DNA of 64,000 nucleotides from Botryllus schlosseri. Lineage: Eukaryota. Location of the stretch: positions 806,001-870,000 of the forward strand of contig CM119372.1 of assembly GCA_051294905.1 (NCBI GenBank). Reading direction: 5' to 3'. The position numbers and the translations under genes were made by a program. Position 1 is the stretch's first letter. The number at the start of each line of letters is the position of its first letter. The notes beneath the pieces were generated by a model. It made no database searches. It was not told the origin of the DNA and saw only the letters and a list, made by a program, of their open reading frames with translations. Shown in pieces: positions 24,301 to 37,300 of this stretch.

Positions 24301-27300
24301 CAGTGAAACTGATACATAAACTTGGCGATTTCTAGTTTCCGCATATCTTCTATGTTTAGGACGCCGAATCTCTTCAGCAGCGACTTATTGGATGGGCAGC
24401 CAGGCCCCTTTGGGGCCCTAGCTATGATTCGGAGCACTTTATGCTGTAGTTTCTGCAGTGGCTTGAGTGCAGTTTTACTGGCAGCCCCCCAACAGAGGAT
24501 GCCATAATGTAACTTCGATTGGATTAAGGATTTAAAGAGTATCAGGAGAACCCATGCTGGCATGAAGCGCCCAAGGCTGTAGAACAGGCCGCACTTCGGT
24601 GATAATTTAGTTTCTAGGGACTGAATATGACTCTTCCAGGACATGTTCGAGTCCAGTAAAACTCCGAGATATTTGGCATTATCTGTGTTGGAAACGGGCT
24701 GACCAGCGATATTAACGGTTAGGTTATTTTTTGAATTGACTGTCAGCAATTGCGATTTCGAGGCGTTTATGCAAAGGTTGTTCTGGGCCGTCCACTCATG
24801 GACTTTGGGCATTTGGTCACCAGTCAGGGCATCCAGCTCTGCCGTCGAAGATGCGGAAGAGAGGAGGTGAGTATCATCAGCGAACAGTGTGGTGTTCAAT
24901 GAGGAGGTTTCAAAAATGTCGTTGACATATAAGGTGAAAAGGACCGGTCCAAGTACTGAGCCCTGGGGCACACCACAGGTCACCGGGTGAGGAGAGGACA
25001 AGGTGTCTGAGATCGCAACCATTTATTGGCGTCCAGTGAGGTAACTTTTCATGAGCTCAAGTTGTGGGCCCCGAAGTCCGTAACGCGCCAATTTCGAGAT
25101 GAGAATTTTATGATCTACGCAGTCAAACGCTTTTTTTAGGTCGAGAAAAATGCTACATCCCACATTTCGCTTCTCTGAGATATCATAGTACTGTTCGGCC
25201 ACTGTTAGGAGGGCATGAGCGGTTTGGTGTTTGTTTCGGAAGCCAAATTGTTGAGGGGAAATGACAAACATTTTGGCGAGGAATGAGGACAGGCGGGAGA
25301 GGAGCAACTTTTCGAATACAATCCCGATGCATGGGAGAACGGATATCGGACGGTAGTTGGTGACATTAGTTCTATCCCCAGCTTTGTGTACAGGGACTAC
25401 TCTGGCTTTTTTTAGATAGCTTGGGTAGACTCCATTTTCTATCATGAAGTTGAAAAAATGGGCCATATATTGACCGATATGCAGGCTTATCATTTTTAAA
25501 AACCATGATGGGATTTGGTCATAGCCGTCGGCCTTGTGCGATTTCAGTTTGTGGATGGCTACTTCTACTTCGTATTTGGTCGTAGGTTCAAGCACAATTG
25601 ACTGGGATATCGATCGATGTCGTGTGGCGAATGGCGACATACTTTATTCAGATCAGTTATTAATGTAATTATGGTTACTAAGTTATCTTGAATCAAGTGA
25701 ATCGTTGGTTGTGAAAGAAAATTTTCGAATCCCTCCATTGCATAAATAAGTATTTTTTCTGAATTTCAAGTTGGAATCGGATTAGGATTGGACATGGACT
25801 TGAATATGAAAAAGTTATGGATCAGGATTTGGATTTGAAGGTTCGGATTAGGATTGGATTAGGACATAGAAATTTCAAATCCGCTCATCTCTGGTATGTA
25901 GCCTACTGTACACTGGGCTGAAAGAAATAGGAAATAACATTGAACTACTACGAATGATGGTGCTAAAAGCAGTCGGGCTACTTGCACAGAAGCAATGCCG
26001 TAAATTTCTACTCAATTTAAGGTAGCCTACAGGTAGAGATTTCGAAGTCCTGGAAAAATTATTTCCAGTAGACGTAAACAAGAATAGATCTAAAAAAGTA
26101 TTTCGATGCAAGATACATCTTCACCCCACGCGAAACGACAAATGAACGTACAATGATTTTGGAAATATATCGATATATCAATCAAAGTAGCTTATGTCCA
26201 TTATTCAAATTTTCAGAAACAGTTTTCTGATTTATAGAAAATCAAGTCTTTTTGCAAAATTTTAAATTTTTTGGCCATGTTTATGTTTGTCACATTGTAT
26301 CAAAGTTAATCATGGCCAAGATATTTCCGAAATAAAATGTAAATTTTACGTGAAGTTAATTTTATTAAAATCAGTAAAATGGACATAAAGCTACTTCGAT
26401 CCCACAACCACGATATGATTAGTTACAGTGACATAAGGAATATTTGACTATAACCATACTTATACTAGTCCGCCCAAAAGATGACCGGACCACGACCTGA
26501 CCTATCGATCTCGCCCTCCGTGACATGTCACCCCATTTTTGTCGCTAGCTTTTTTTATACTATCTTCTTTTACTCTTCATTCAGTGTGCTGTGCAATGTG
26601 CATTCTTCGCTTTACCTCGCCTAGGCCAAGGTGGGTGTCGGATTTCAAAGACTACTCCAAGTCGTTTCGACACCTTCCTTTCTTTTCATGGTATCGCAAT
26701 TTTTGTGGTGTATTAAACTGATAAAAATTGCTTAACAAACCGAACTGAACCGAACCAGTTCTACTTAACAATTTACATGGCAAAACAAGGCCTAGAATAC
26801 TTACTCGGAAATCGCTCCTTCTACTATAGTACCACTGATAACATAGATCCGCACATATCCAAAACTTGTTTACTTTACGAAATCAAAACCAAGCAGGCCT
26901 ACTGTTTCAGCAGCCAGCGGGTCGAAAACGTGATTTCTTATTTTGCAGCTCAAGCCTCGTGCTAACGACCTTGGGATTTGGATGGCTCAAGTGGTCGGAG
27001 ATAGCGAGGTCATTTTGAGTCCTGTACCTATTTGTTCAAAGATATGCTCGAAACTGAGATTTGTTTTAAAGAGAGGCCAGATATGTGAGTAGATCTGTAA
27101 CAAAATCTTAAACACCGAATTATGTTGTAGTATACTAGAGGGCTAGGCATTGCAAAATTTGAGTACCTGATTGATTCGATTCTGAATCAACTATCTCACA
27201 GTATGAAACATGTTAAAATTCTCGTTGATGAATTACCTCTTAGCGGCCCATGCCTAGCAGTGACCCTGATTTAAAAATAAATCCCCAAGAATTAAGTGCT

Positions 27301-27410
27301 AACTTCTGATTTTATCAACAGTGAACGTGCCCCTCGGACTGTACAAGATTCAGCATCGACCCAACACAACGGACGCCGTCTCCATCGCCGTGGGTTACGA
27401 ATTCCAATAG
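18319..27410 (+). CDS. C6orf89: Bombesin receptor-activated protein C6orf89 (BRAP)-like, 8 exons: 18319-18485, 19615-19747, 20676-20780, 21016-21171, 21740-21906, 22563-22710, 26949-27084, 27322-27410 (about 366 aa)
   Basis: Exons join in frame. N-terminal hydrophobic helix, LPYYDWTWIYNSDCLVENPYY, C-x2-C, QWANN...FYFKPYFLP, WMAQVVG...C-x3-C...LKRGQIL. This pattern is recognised from memory as the invertebrate C6orf89 family. Intron 4 needs a GC donor. Confidence 0.78.
20888..20920 (+). ncRNA. Degenerate hammerhead motif in a Penelope pLTR fragment
   Basis: accaGTGACGAgtgcagtcGAAAacattcgggt within the same flanks (ctagttgctgacgatt...tcatttcaatatt) as 48914-48947; core C3 is changed to G. Confidence 0.55.
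21950..22225. repeat. 33-bp minisatellite (about 8 units, caactagaa.tagaa.ta.tcacttttcaaaact.g)
   Basis: Direct repeats are visible and produce the repetitive spurious ORF 21949-22206. Confidence 0.85.
23040..23320 (-). mobile_element. LINE 3'-tail copy (others at about 26480-26756 +, 38350-39417 -, 49237-49485 -, 53010-53145 -, 60035-60185 +, 23330-23400 -)
   Basis: Near-identical to 23795-24078, including GCCTAGGC and the tail. Confidence 0.9.
23695..25892. mobile_element. MITE (TIR CAGAGATGAGC, GGATT repeats) hosting the LINE insertion; sister copy at about 22770-23005
   Basis: cagagatgagcatgga at 23695 and ccgctcatctctg ending 25892; the inverted sister copy has the same two ends. Confidence 0.7.
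23795..25640 (-). mobile_element. 5'-truncated CR1/L2-group (Crack-like) LINE: RT domain, 3' UTR and (ATG)n tail
   Basis: NYRPISVLP, QFGFR, FLDLKKAFDCVDH, GVPQGSVLGP, LFADDT, KYLGV and HKYNTR...WNSIP motifs; one premature stop at 25023-25025; aataaa followed by atgatgatg tail at about 23795-23820. Confidence 0.95.
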
Positions 27411-28323
27411 AAATACGCGTTTTTTAAGCTCCGCCAAGTTTGAGAGAACCCTGCCTGTTTGTTTCCGGGAAATGTTGGCACGATTGAGTCCCATTTTCAA
27501 CACAGATATTCGCCACATGAGGCGCTAGCTCAGGGGTGGTCAAAGTAGTCGTCGTTGGTACTTGAGTAGAACCTCGTAAACTTCAATTCAAGTAGCCTAC
27601 AAGTAGATTTTGCAAGTGAAAAGTAATTTCAGTCGACGGGGTCGCATATTTTTAGCAGTGGAGGCTACTGTTGAAATTACTTTGTGACTAACAGAACCAA
27701 TTGAAAGAATAGATGCAATTTTCAAAAGTAAATTCACTAACTATGGTACGTTTTTTTCCAAGTTTTTAGAACAATTTCACTCATAAGGGTAATGCATACT
27801 TGTCCCAGACTTAATTTCTACTTTTCAAAGTCCCAAGTCAAGAAAGTGAGTACGGTAGTTTTGCCGAAATAAGCATTGCAAGCAGTCTAAACCTACTTGA
27901 TTACTCCAAAAAAGTAGAAGTACTTTGCTACTGACCACCTCTGGGCTAGTTGAAGTAGCTCTGCATCAGGAAAAATGCCAAAATGAATGAGATGTTTGAA
28001 GCGGTGCTGCGGCATTATTTTTAGAATTTATTACATGATAGACATAATTATGCAGAATAAAGTGTTACCGAACGATTTTAAAGACACAGGCGTAGTTGGA
28101 CAAATAGAAAAGTGGCAGCTTTGTCGAATTAGAATGATAGCAAGACAGTTCTCCTGTAGCATTTCCGGAAAAACCATGAATTCGATTTCAATTAAAATGA
28201 GAGCGTAGTAACATTTCACAAATTAGAAGAAGCTCTTCAAATTAGATTCCCAGGATTATTGAATTGTGCAAGTCTGGACACAGGTATGATTGTTACAAAG
28301 AACAATAACCATCGTTTATTGCA

Positions 28324-31300
28324 TCAAGTCGTAAACGTAACGGCAGTCCCAAGCAACGGTATCGGCAGCGAGTTGACCCCTTCGATCCAGTCTGACTTTT
28401 CCACGTCAAAGCACTCGACGCTGTCCAAGCTGTTTATGGAGCCATCGTCACAATGCTTGCCGCCAACGATATAAATCCGAGGCCCTGTCAAACAGAGGCA
28501 GTCAGCAGGGTTGAAGGACTTGACTTGAGTCATTTTGTTAAAAGTGGAAATATGACTCGATTCGAGTCAATGACGTATGGACTCGACTTGTACTCGAGTC
28601 TTTGCACATGACTCAACCAAGCCATATGTCTTATTGTAGGGTCACCATATTTTGGAACCCGGAAAGGAGGATACTTTTTCAAAATTTTTGAACTTATAAT
28701 ACCGGAGGAAAATCTTGAAAATATGGTAAATTTTCCCCACTTCGTGGTCGGTCGACTAAAAAAAGGTCAACTTTCTCGCTCAGCAGTAGTTTTTCGTACG
28801 CACTATCAGTTAGTTGACTAAGCTCCCGCCGGATCGTTACTTCACTGCTGATTTACTGTACGGTATCTCAGTCAAATTTTGCCCTATATTTCACCAAAAT
28901 TCTCAAAAAAGAGGACAAAATCTCAAAAAGGAGGACGTTTAGGCATCCTCGGAGTACATTTTCAAAAACCTCAAAATGCAGGACAAATCCTCCTAAAGGA
29001 GGACGTTTGGTAACCCTGACTTATTGGAGTCTTGTATGGGCCGGCATTGGAAAATAGGCCAAGAAACTGTTTTATCTGTTTGAATAAACATGTTTAGAGT
29101 AAGAAAAATGAGTATATTGTGAAAGTGGGGCCTTGGATATCACTCAAAAAAGTGAGTTGAGCCTACCTTGAACTCGATAATGAACAGCTAACACTATGAC
29201 TTGGACTCGACCCGACTACCCATTGCTCCGTAACTTGGACCCGGTCTTGACTTGGTGGTGAATTGAAAATGACTCGAGTTGGAATGATAGAAGTCAAATT
29301 GACTTTGAACCTTCAGACTTGGTTACAAACCTGGCGGTCAGTTACGACGTACTTCTACTTTTACATTGTAGGCTACTCGAGCAGGTTTCAATTACTTTCA
29401 ATACTTTTTCAAGCGGTTATGTTTTTGAGCTATTTCCACGTCTAATTTACATTTTTCGGCGAAGATGCTTTGCAAATTAGATCAGCGTTAGAATTAATGT
29501 ATTCACAAAAACTCGGAAAATGTCTGCACAAGCTTGGCTTGTTTTGTATTTTACAATTCTGTGGCATTTTCAGGAAAACCTAAAATGACATTACCGATTA
29601 GAACAAAAAAGACAGCATGGAAACATGTCACAAATTACATTATCAGCATTGCTATATTTAGTCTAATTAAAAAACTAGAATATCTAGTTGTCCAAGTCTG
29701 ATCCAAGGCCCATCAGTGTTGGGATCAAGTCACTACCTTCGAGTCACGAGTCATTGCACATTTTGACTCGAGTCAAGTCAAATCAATCGATTTTCAAAGG
29801 TGACTCGAGTCAAGTCAATTCACCCGTTTTTTGGAGGTGACTCGAGTCAAGTCGAGTCAAGTCAAGTCACGAGTCAAGTCACGATTCGAGTCAAATTGAA
29901 TTTTCGAAGTATATGTGATGACCCAAAGTCATTACATTTTGCTAACTGTGTGAAGGATAGATTAATTGGCCATTTATCTTGAATCAAATGACGATTATAA
30001 AGTTAAATATTCATGCAAAAATGCATCGCTCGCGCACACGTAGAACTGATAATAAAATACGTGAGTAACTGCATAGCTACATGCTACAGTCTGATTTTAT
30101 CAGCCAATATAAAGGATCGAATACGAAGCCTTGAGAAGTTGAACAAATTGATATGGTACAATAGGCACTACCCACCTACACCTCTGTGAGAATATAAAGG
30201 CATAAACTATATTCGTTCGATTTAAATCATACAAGAGTGTTGGTAAAGGTGAGCACTGCGCATGCGCAATGTAAGCACTAAGCTGCCCAAGAAACAGAGA
30301 TACGATGCGATTAGATAAATCTACTGATACTACGACAAAGTAGGTGTGATGGTTTCGTAAGCGGTCAATTTATTTGTGATGTAACGATGGATGATCTGTG
30401 AAACTTATAATTATTGAAGACTGATTGCTCTCGTAAGTGACACCGGCGTATCTCTAACAACCAAAACATACATAATATAGGGTGATTTAATCGACACCGT
30501 TTACTTTATGACTTGAAATTGACTCGTGAATTTTGCTCCGAGTCACGAGTCAATCCGCATTTCTAAGGCGTCGAGTCAAGTCAAGTCAAGTCATTTTTGC
30601 AAAGTGACTCGAGTCAAGTCAAGTCATACGAAAAAGGTTACTCGAGTCTGACTCGAGTCAAGTCACGACTCGAGTCATCCCAACACTGGAAGTTGTCATG
30701 ACAGTTTCACACATAAAAGCTTTTCAAACTACTTTCTACTACAGCACTACTGAACAGTTTTCTAGACAATTTTGATTTTAAAAAGTAAAAGATTGCGGCG
30801 TTACTTTAATTCCTAGTCGAGTAGCAATGGCAACGCTGCCTACTTCGACCAAATCTGCCGTAAAAATAACAACAGATACCTTGAAGTCTCTTGTATTTGG
30901 ATCGTGCCGGATAAAAAATCATCGATCGGACTAACTACTGTCTTTCGGCTCAATTACGATGTCACTTCCTATTTTTGTCACTTTTTCGCCTCGTTCCGCT
31001 AAAATCTCCTCAATATTCTTTTTGCCCTTCAAGTCCGAGAACCAGCCCAGATTGTCTGCGATGATGTGATGGTTTTCGCAGCCATCGCAACGAACCAGAA
31101 CCACGCCTTTGTGGTAGGCTTTTTTCGATATGTGTTTCCCGCTTCGTTTCTCACACACTGTGCATGTGAACGCCAAGGCGTAGGAATCTGATTTATCAGT
31201 CTTGCCAATAGGTATTGAACCTTCACTGCTATTAGAGTGGCTGGCTTTTGATGACGTGTAAGCAGAAATGAGTTGAGGATTGCAGATATTCAATTGGAGC

Positions 31301-34300
31301 AGCAACGAAGAATCCTTGTGTGTATCCTTAGAATGAAATATACCGCTAAAACTTCTAGCGAATATTGCTCTGGATAATCTTGGTGTTTTAAATCCTGAAC
31401 AACTTGATGACTCCACGAATATAGAAGAACATAATCTGACGTCTGTCGTAGACAGAATTATCCTTCCTCGCAGAACACCAGACAATTTATGACATAATTT
31501 GTAGGCGGTTGTTAACATGATAGTTATGCTATGACAAAACAAAATAAGTTTGCGAGTTACGAAAGATTGGAAGACTCTTTAGCGTTATATCTAATACAGA
31601 TACTTCAGATCACTAGTGAATCACAAGTAAAGCTGGGCGTAATTGAGTTTCCGAGTGATTCGATTCTGAATCGAATATTGGGCTTTGGTAGGGTTGCCAT
31701 ATTTTGGAATCGGGAAAGTGGACACTTTGTCAAAATTTTCAAACTTAGAATACCGGTGGAAAATCCTGAAAAATTTCTCAATCATTCCACTTCGTAGTCG
31801 GTTGACTAAAAAAAAGAATAAGGTCGTCGCGTTTGTACCTCAAATTTCGTATTTATGCCCATAGGCCTACTCACTATAATCTGTCCACTATATTAGCTCT
31901 AAAACGTGTAAAGGCGGGCGAATCGCCAAAAAGGAGAACGCATGCTAACCCTAGCTTTGGGCGACACTCATTTTGATGTCATAACAGTATGGCTGATGTG
32001 GACAGTTCAAATAAGTGCAATTTTTGTGACCATGAAGAAAATAATGCTAGATCACGTCTCTACAGATATGTCATATCCAGTAATGTGCATAACTTTGTAC
32101 TACATGTCCTGGAAGAGGTGATACAACCAATTGAGGTTTCCTCATCGCAAAAAAGCGCATAAACTATAGGCCTAGGCTAATTCTTGTTGCTAACAAACAT
32201 TTTAGTGGAAAGGGGAGTGTAATAACAGTACTCGAAAAAATCATCTCTCGCTGCCCGACTCGAATCACTTAATTTACTTCTTGACTCGGATTAGAGTACT
32301 CAAATCATTGTGCCCAGTTCTAACGACAAGTAATTATTACCCAAATGTACTGTAATTCTTGCTATTATCAACAGAATTGCTAATACAAACGAGAAAGTGA
32401 GCATTACAGAAGCGCATGGAAACCGTGGAAATGTAAATGTAATACACAATACACTGTCAGAAAAATATAACAGGCACGAAAAATGCCAAAACCGATGAAT
32501 TAACTGGAACTGAATATATGTTATGAGGTACACTTGGAGGTATAAAACTTCATTATACAATTGAATAATATATAAATATTGAAATACATCCGAATATTCT
32601 CGGCTGACACTCGTTAGGGGTAATCGTCCTCTATTAGTTGCCGAGGATTAACCCTGACGAATGTCAGCCGAAAATATCTCAACACATTTCAATATGAATA
32701 TATTATTCAATTGCATTTTATGACAAGTGCAATTGAATAGACTTCACGCAACAGATAGCGCAGAGTTCAAAGGTTTCGAAGCTTGTTGCGATGGAGGCTT
32801 CTCGAGCGCTTGACGTACGTGTATTTCTCTGTAGCTGTAATCTCTACGTCCCGGCTCAGTTCGAATGTCGTGTTGTACCGGATTAACTTGCTTTATGGAA
32901 TTTCCGGTTGATTTTGATTTCATGTCATCTGGAGGGCAGTTACGGGTTGCTAATTCTCCCAAAGTCGGCTTTATGTTGAAACGTCTTGGATTTTCTAGTC
33001 TTTCAAGACCTCTCCTCTTTAAATGCTTTGCTATAATCGTGTGGGCCTTTTCTTGGGTTGTGATGATGTTAGGTTCGGTCATAAATTCAGTTATTTTCAA
33101 ATTATTTTTGACGGAGTGTGATGCAGTGGCGCGTGCATGAATTGGTAGTCGTAGCTGGTAATTTTCATCAGTGAAATCGATTTCGGGCTCTGTGCCTAAA
33201 GTTTGTATAATCCGATTGGTCAGTAGTGAGTAAATCGTTTGAATCAAGATCTCTGCAGCTCCGACTTTGCAGTGTATAGTGCCGTCTGTCATTTCCTTCG
33301 GAATACCGAGACTCTTCCTCACGAAAAATCGCTCCAACTGCGACCAATTTCCGAGTTTCGTGGGCAAAGATATTCCGTTATCGAAAGAGTGCATTTGTAT
33401 GTCTTGAGGAAAGTACCACGAAAAAATCTCCGCCACCAAGAACCCGTTCGCCAAATCGCGTCTGGCATTTTTCACAGGGTAAGACAGGTCTAAACTCTGA
33501 AGCCATTTTAATACTTCCCGGGGAAGACTTTGCCGTGTGACTCCATTATCCGTCCTAGGCATCCTAACGTTATCTACTGTTAATACCTTAACCTCGGACC
33601 TCGCATGCTACACAAAGGGGGCAGATTTCACTCAATCTCGTAACCAGGGCAACGGCATCTGAACCTTGACGATATAATCGCGGAGATCACAATATTACTT
33701 TATACGAATATTACCATAAAAAAGGACTACTCTGTAAACTGTGTGCCCGCAATCCATCCACAATTCTATCGACAATTTTTCATCGACATATCGGTTTTCA
33801 CATCAGGAATGCCAAAAGAGACCATTTGCAGACAGCTACGATGGTAACACCGAAACCGACGATGACAAAAAATCCAGCTTTGAATCGTTCGTTCGTTAAC
33901 GACCCAACAAGAGGTATTGGTTCAGTATCGACTGATTGAATTTCCCATTAAAATATTTTTCAAATCTGGTGTCTTACCGTTCCATGGTAAACCAGGCAAA
34001 TATATAAAGTTGATCCAGTGTTGTTTTCCTATGATTCCAGCCATAGGCGCCAACTTTTATTTTTTTACGAGGCGGCGAAGTCTTGTGACGTCATAATTGT
34101 TCGGTGTCGATGACGTCATCGTCGCACTAAAACGCACTTTCCTACATGCCGCTGGTGTACGTGCAAAGTCACTGATTGATTGATTGATCAGCGTTAACCA
34201 TTTCCGTTTTATGTTACGTTTTAATATCGACTCTGCACTCATTATTATCAAACCATGCAGTCAAGTTATTAAGTGGAATCTTAAAACGGTACGATCATTC

Positions 34301-37300
34301 GTCCGACGATGTATACGATGCATTCCATCAGGCGGAATGCATCGAACAAAAATCAGAATGGACGTCATTGAGAATTTGAAGTTGCATCAATAATATCAAC
34401 GTGCAATGCGTCGTGTGAGTAACGAAATACACCACGCACTGGGCTGGCAAGTTCGCAAGTAACACACGACAACTCTCGAATATGAGGTTTCAAACCGACA
34501 ATAATGATGATTACAAACGTGAAATCGCGCAGCTAATCGTGCTAATCGTGAGGTTTCTGACTTCGCATTGAGAAGCTCGCATCGCGGCAATTGTTTGCAG
34601 ATTAAAACAGGGATTTTGGCGGCATTGGTGCATTTCCCGATTTACGTTCGCTAAGCATTTTTGGAGTACATCCAGGCGCGAAGCCAGGGGGTTTCGGGGG
34701 TCGAAAGCCCCTCCTTTGGAAGCGCGAATTCCCTGCTTAAACGCGAAACCCCGCCCTTTTCAAATGAGCGCTCTGACGGTAATACCCGGTTGCAATTCAG
34801 TCGTATTATCAGTTTATCACAGTTACGCGCGGCCAATTAACGAAAGGAGTGTCGACAATAAGTGAGATTCGTCCGTACGCATTGCACTGTACAATGTAAC
34901 GCGATACGATCTCCCGCTGAGATAATTGCGAAATTAGGTCATTCATTGCCCCGCGCTCGGCAATTGTTGGTAGCCTGATTTATTGCGTCACCTACAAGCC
35001 TAATTCCCCTGGCTTAAGTAATCGCATCTGCAATAGGCCCGGTGCGCGCGGTATCATCATTGGCTTACAAAATCGCATCTGCATTGGCTTGGTGCCGACG
35101 TGATCATTAGTGGCCTACACAATCGCATCTGCGATAGACCTAGTACGAAAGATATCGCTAGCCCAACTACCGCGTCTCGGGCCTACCAAGCCTTGGCTCC
35201 TACTTTCCGATGGCGATAGCTTGGATAAAATGCCGTTAAGTGTATGCTGATTAGCGATTGTGGAAGTGTGACTTCGCGAAACTGAATGATATCGAATGTC
35301 CGCAAACATGTGCGTACTGCGTACATGCGTAATCGATTTCCGCTAATACTTGAACATAACCATCAAAAGCTGTGACAAGGCTTGAGTTATAAAACAGGAA
35401 AGGTTTGAACCACCCGAAATCGGCGTCATTGTAACACATATTCCAAATGTACATTTTGACTTGCGCAAATCGTCGCCAACGCTACATAAGACGTAGGACG
35501 CATTGATAAGCGCGCGTATTTAATTGTTCACGACAGATCAGGGAGTCGCTTCCAACACTTCCGGACTCGTCGACAAGGTTATCATACGAGAATGCCGTAT
35601 AATCATCAATACAATGACAATATAATACAATGATCAGATCGTGCACACCAGGCAGAAGCCGCCAATGCAGATGCGATTGCGCAGACAAGCGATGATATAG
35701 TTTGAACTGGGCCTATTGCAGATGCGATTGTTCAAGCCAGCGGAATCAGGCTTGTTCGAGATGCGATAAATCAGGTTGGCGACGATTGCCACGCACACTG
35801 CAATGACTGACCTAATTTCGCGACCATCTCAGCGGATATCAATCATCACAGACTGTTCGCACTGATTGAAAACTTGCCTCTCGCAAATTCGCCGCACGGA
35901 ACAATGATAACAGAATTACTGAATTACTGAATATTGGATTTTGAAATGGTCATTTCAAAATGACGGGGTTTCGCGTTTCAAACAGGGGGATTCGAACCCC
36001 CTGGCTACGCGCATGGTACACGCGCGTATAAATAACGAAGACGTCTCTGAGGAGGTCGCGTCGATTCGCCTGATTACTAATTACTGGTCACAAACAACTT
36101 GGGCGTTTGAGCATTTCGTACGAGGTGGCCGCCACCTCGTAAATATGGTGACGAGGTGGGTGCGCGTGTGGAATAGACGACCCATGAGCGGTCGATTTCC
36201 AGCTATAGAACGTTTCAAATTTTGGGGCATTTGTAACCGCATTGCTGTGGAGTGGAGCCATAGTGGCTTCGGGCCTCCAGCAGAGCCTTTATAAGGGCTT
36301 ATGCTTCTAGTGTCAAGATGGCCGACGGGCAATGTGTACGAATACAAAGTAGAAAGTAGTGTGCTTGTGTATACGCTTCTCAACTATTTCTGCGGTCATT
36401 GTTGCTCTGGCCTGGTTTAGGTGGTGTCTGTATTATCATGCCAGCATTCGTTGCAATTTCGCCATCAAATCTGCAAAGTCTCTCGATCCAGATCAACGAC
36501 CGCGGACGGCTGGTTCACATTCGTCATCATTCATCATCCAGGTACATGTATTGATAGCATTTAGTTATACGATAGATTTCATTGCATGCCAAAGAATAGG
36601 CCTATCTGACACCTCTTCTACTGCGTATTTGCAACACGAAGCGCACCGGTAACACTTTTGAACGCCCCCTATTATATGACAATTAGACTTTAAAACACGA
36701 GTTATAGGCCCCATTATACGGCCCTATAATCTTACTCACTGTAACCTACCAAGAACCGCGCAACCGCAGTCATGCCGACCGACGCGCAACGCAGTAACTC
36801 CTTCCCACACGTTACTAAGATCATTGAATTTGTCCACGTCAAATACACTGCTGAAGTTTCCACAGTCGATGCCGGAATCCAACCATGCTCCACCGACTAT
36901 ATACAATCCTCCGAGACAGTCGGCCAAACTTGCAAAACACCTCGGGAATCGCAAAGGGCACATGTCTTGCCAGCTATAACAAGAAATATAGACTGTTAGT
37001 CAAAGAAACTGGCCGAAATGGTAATTCTCGAGTCCAAATGACAGGCCCTTCTTGAACCATGAGACGCGGGTAAAAGCGCTCTATACCAATGCCCTTCAAC
37101 CGGCGGGCCCGATAGGTTCCCATGTGCATTGGATGCACCAGTACGAACTGGTATACAAGGGTTCATCACAAACTCATCACACTGGGGGTTCTTAAACTGG
37201 AGTCTGTGGACTAGTTTCATGGGCTCCAAAACAGGCCCAAAATCGCAGGGTCGAGGTCAAAAAGCCGAGTATCCTGGATTTATGGTCAATCCGTAAATAT

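Noticed and set aside
30821..30834. X-box-like GTAGCAATGGCAAC
   Set aside because: It lies downstream of DNLZ among MITE debris, with no gene start nearby.
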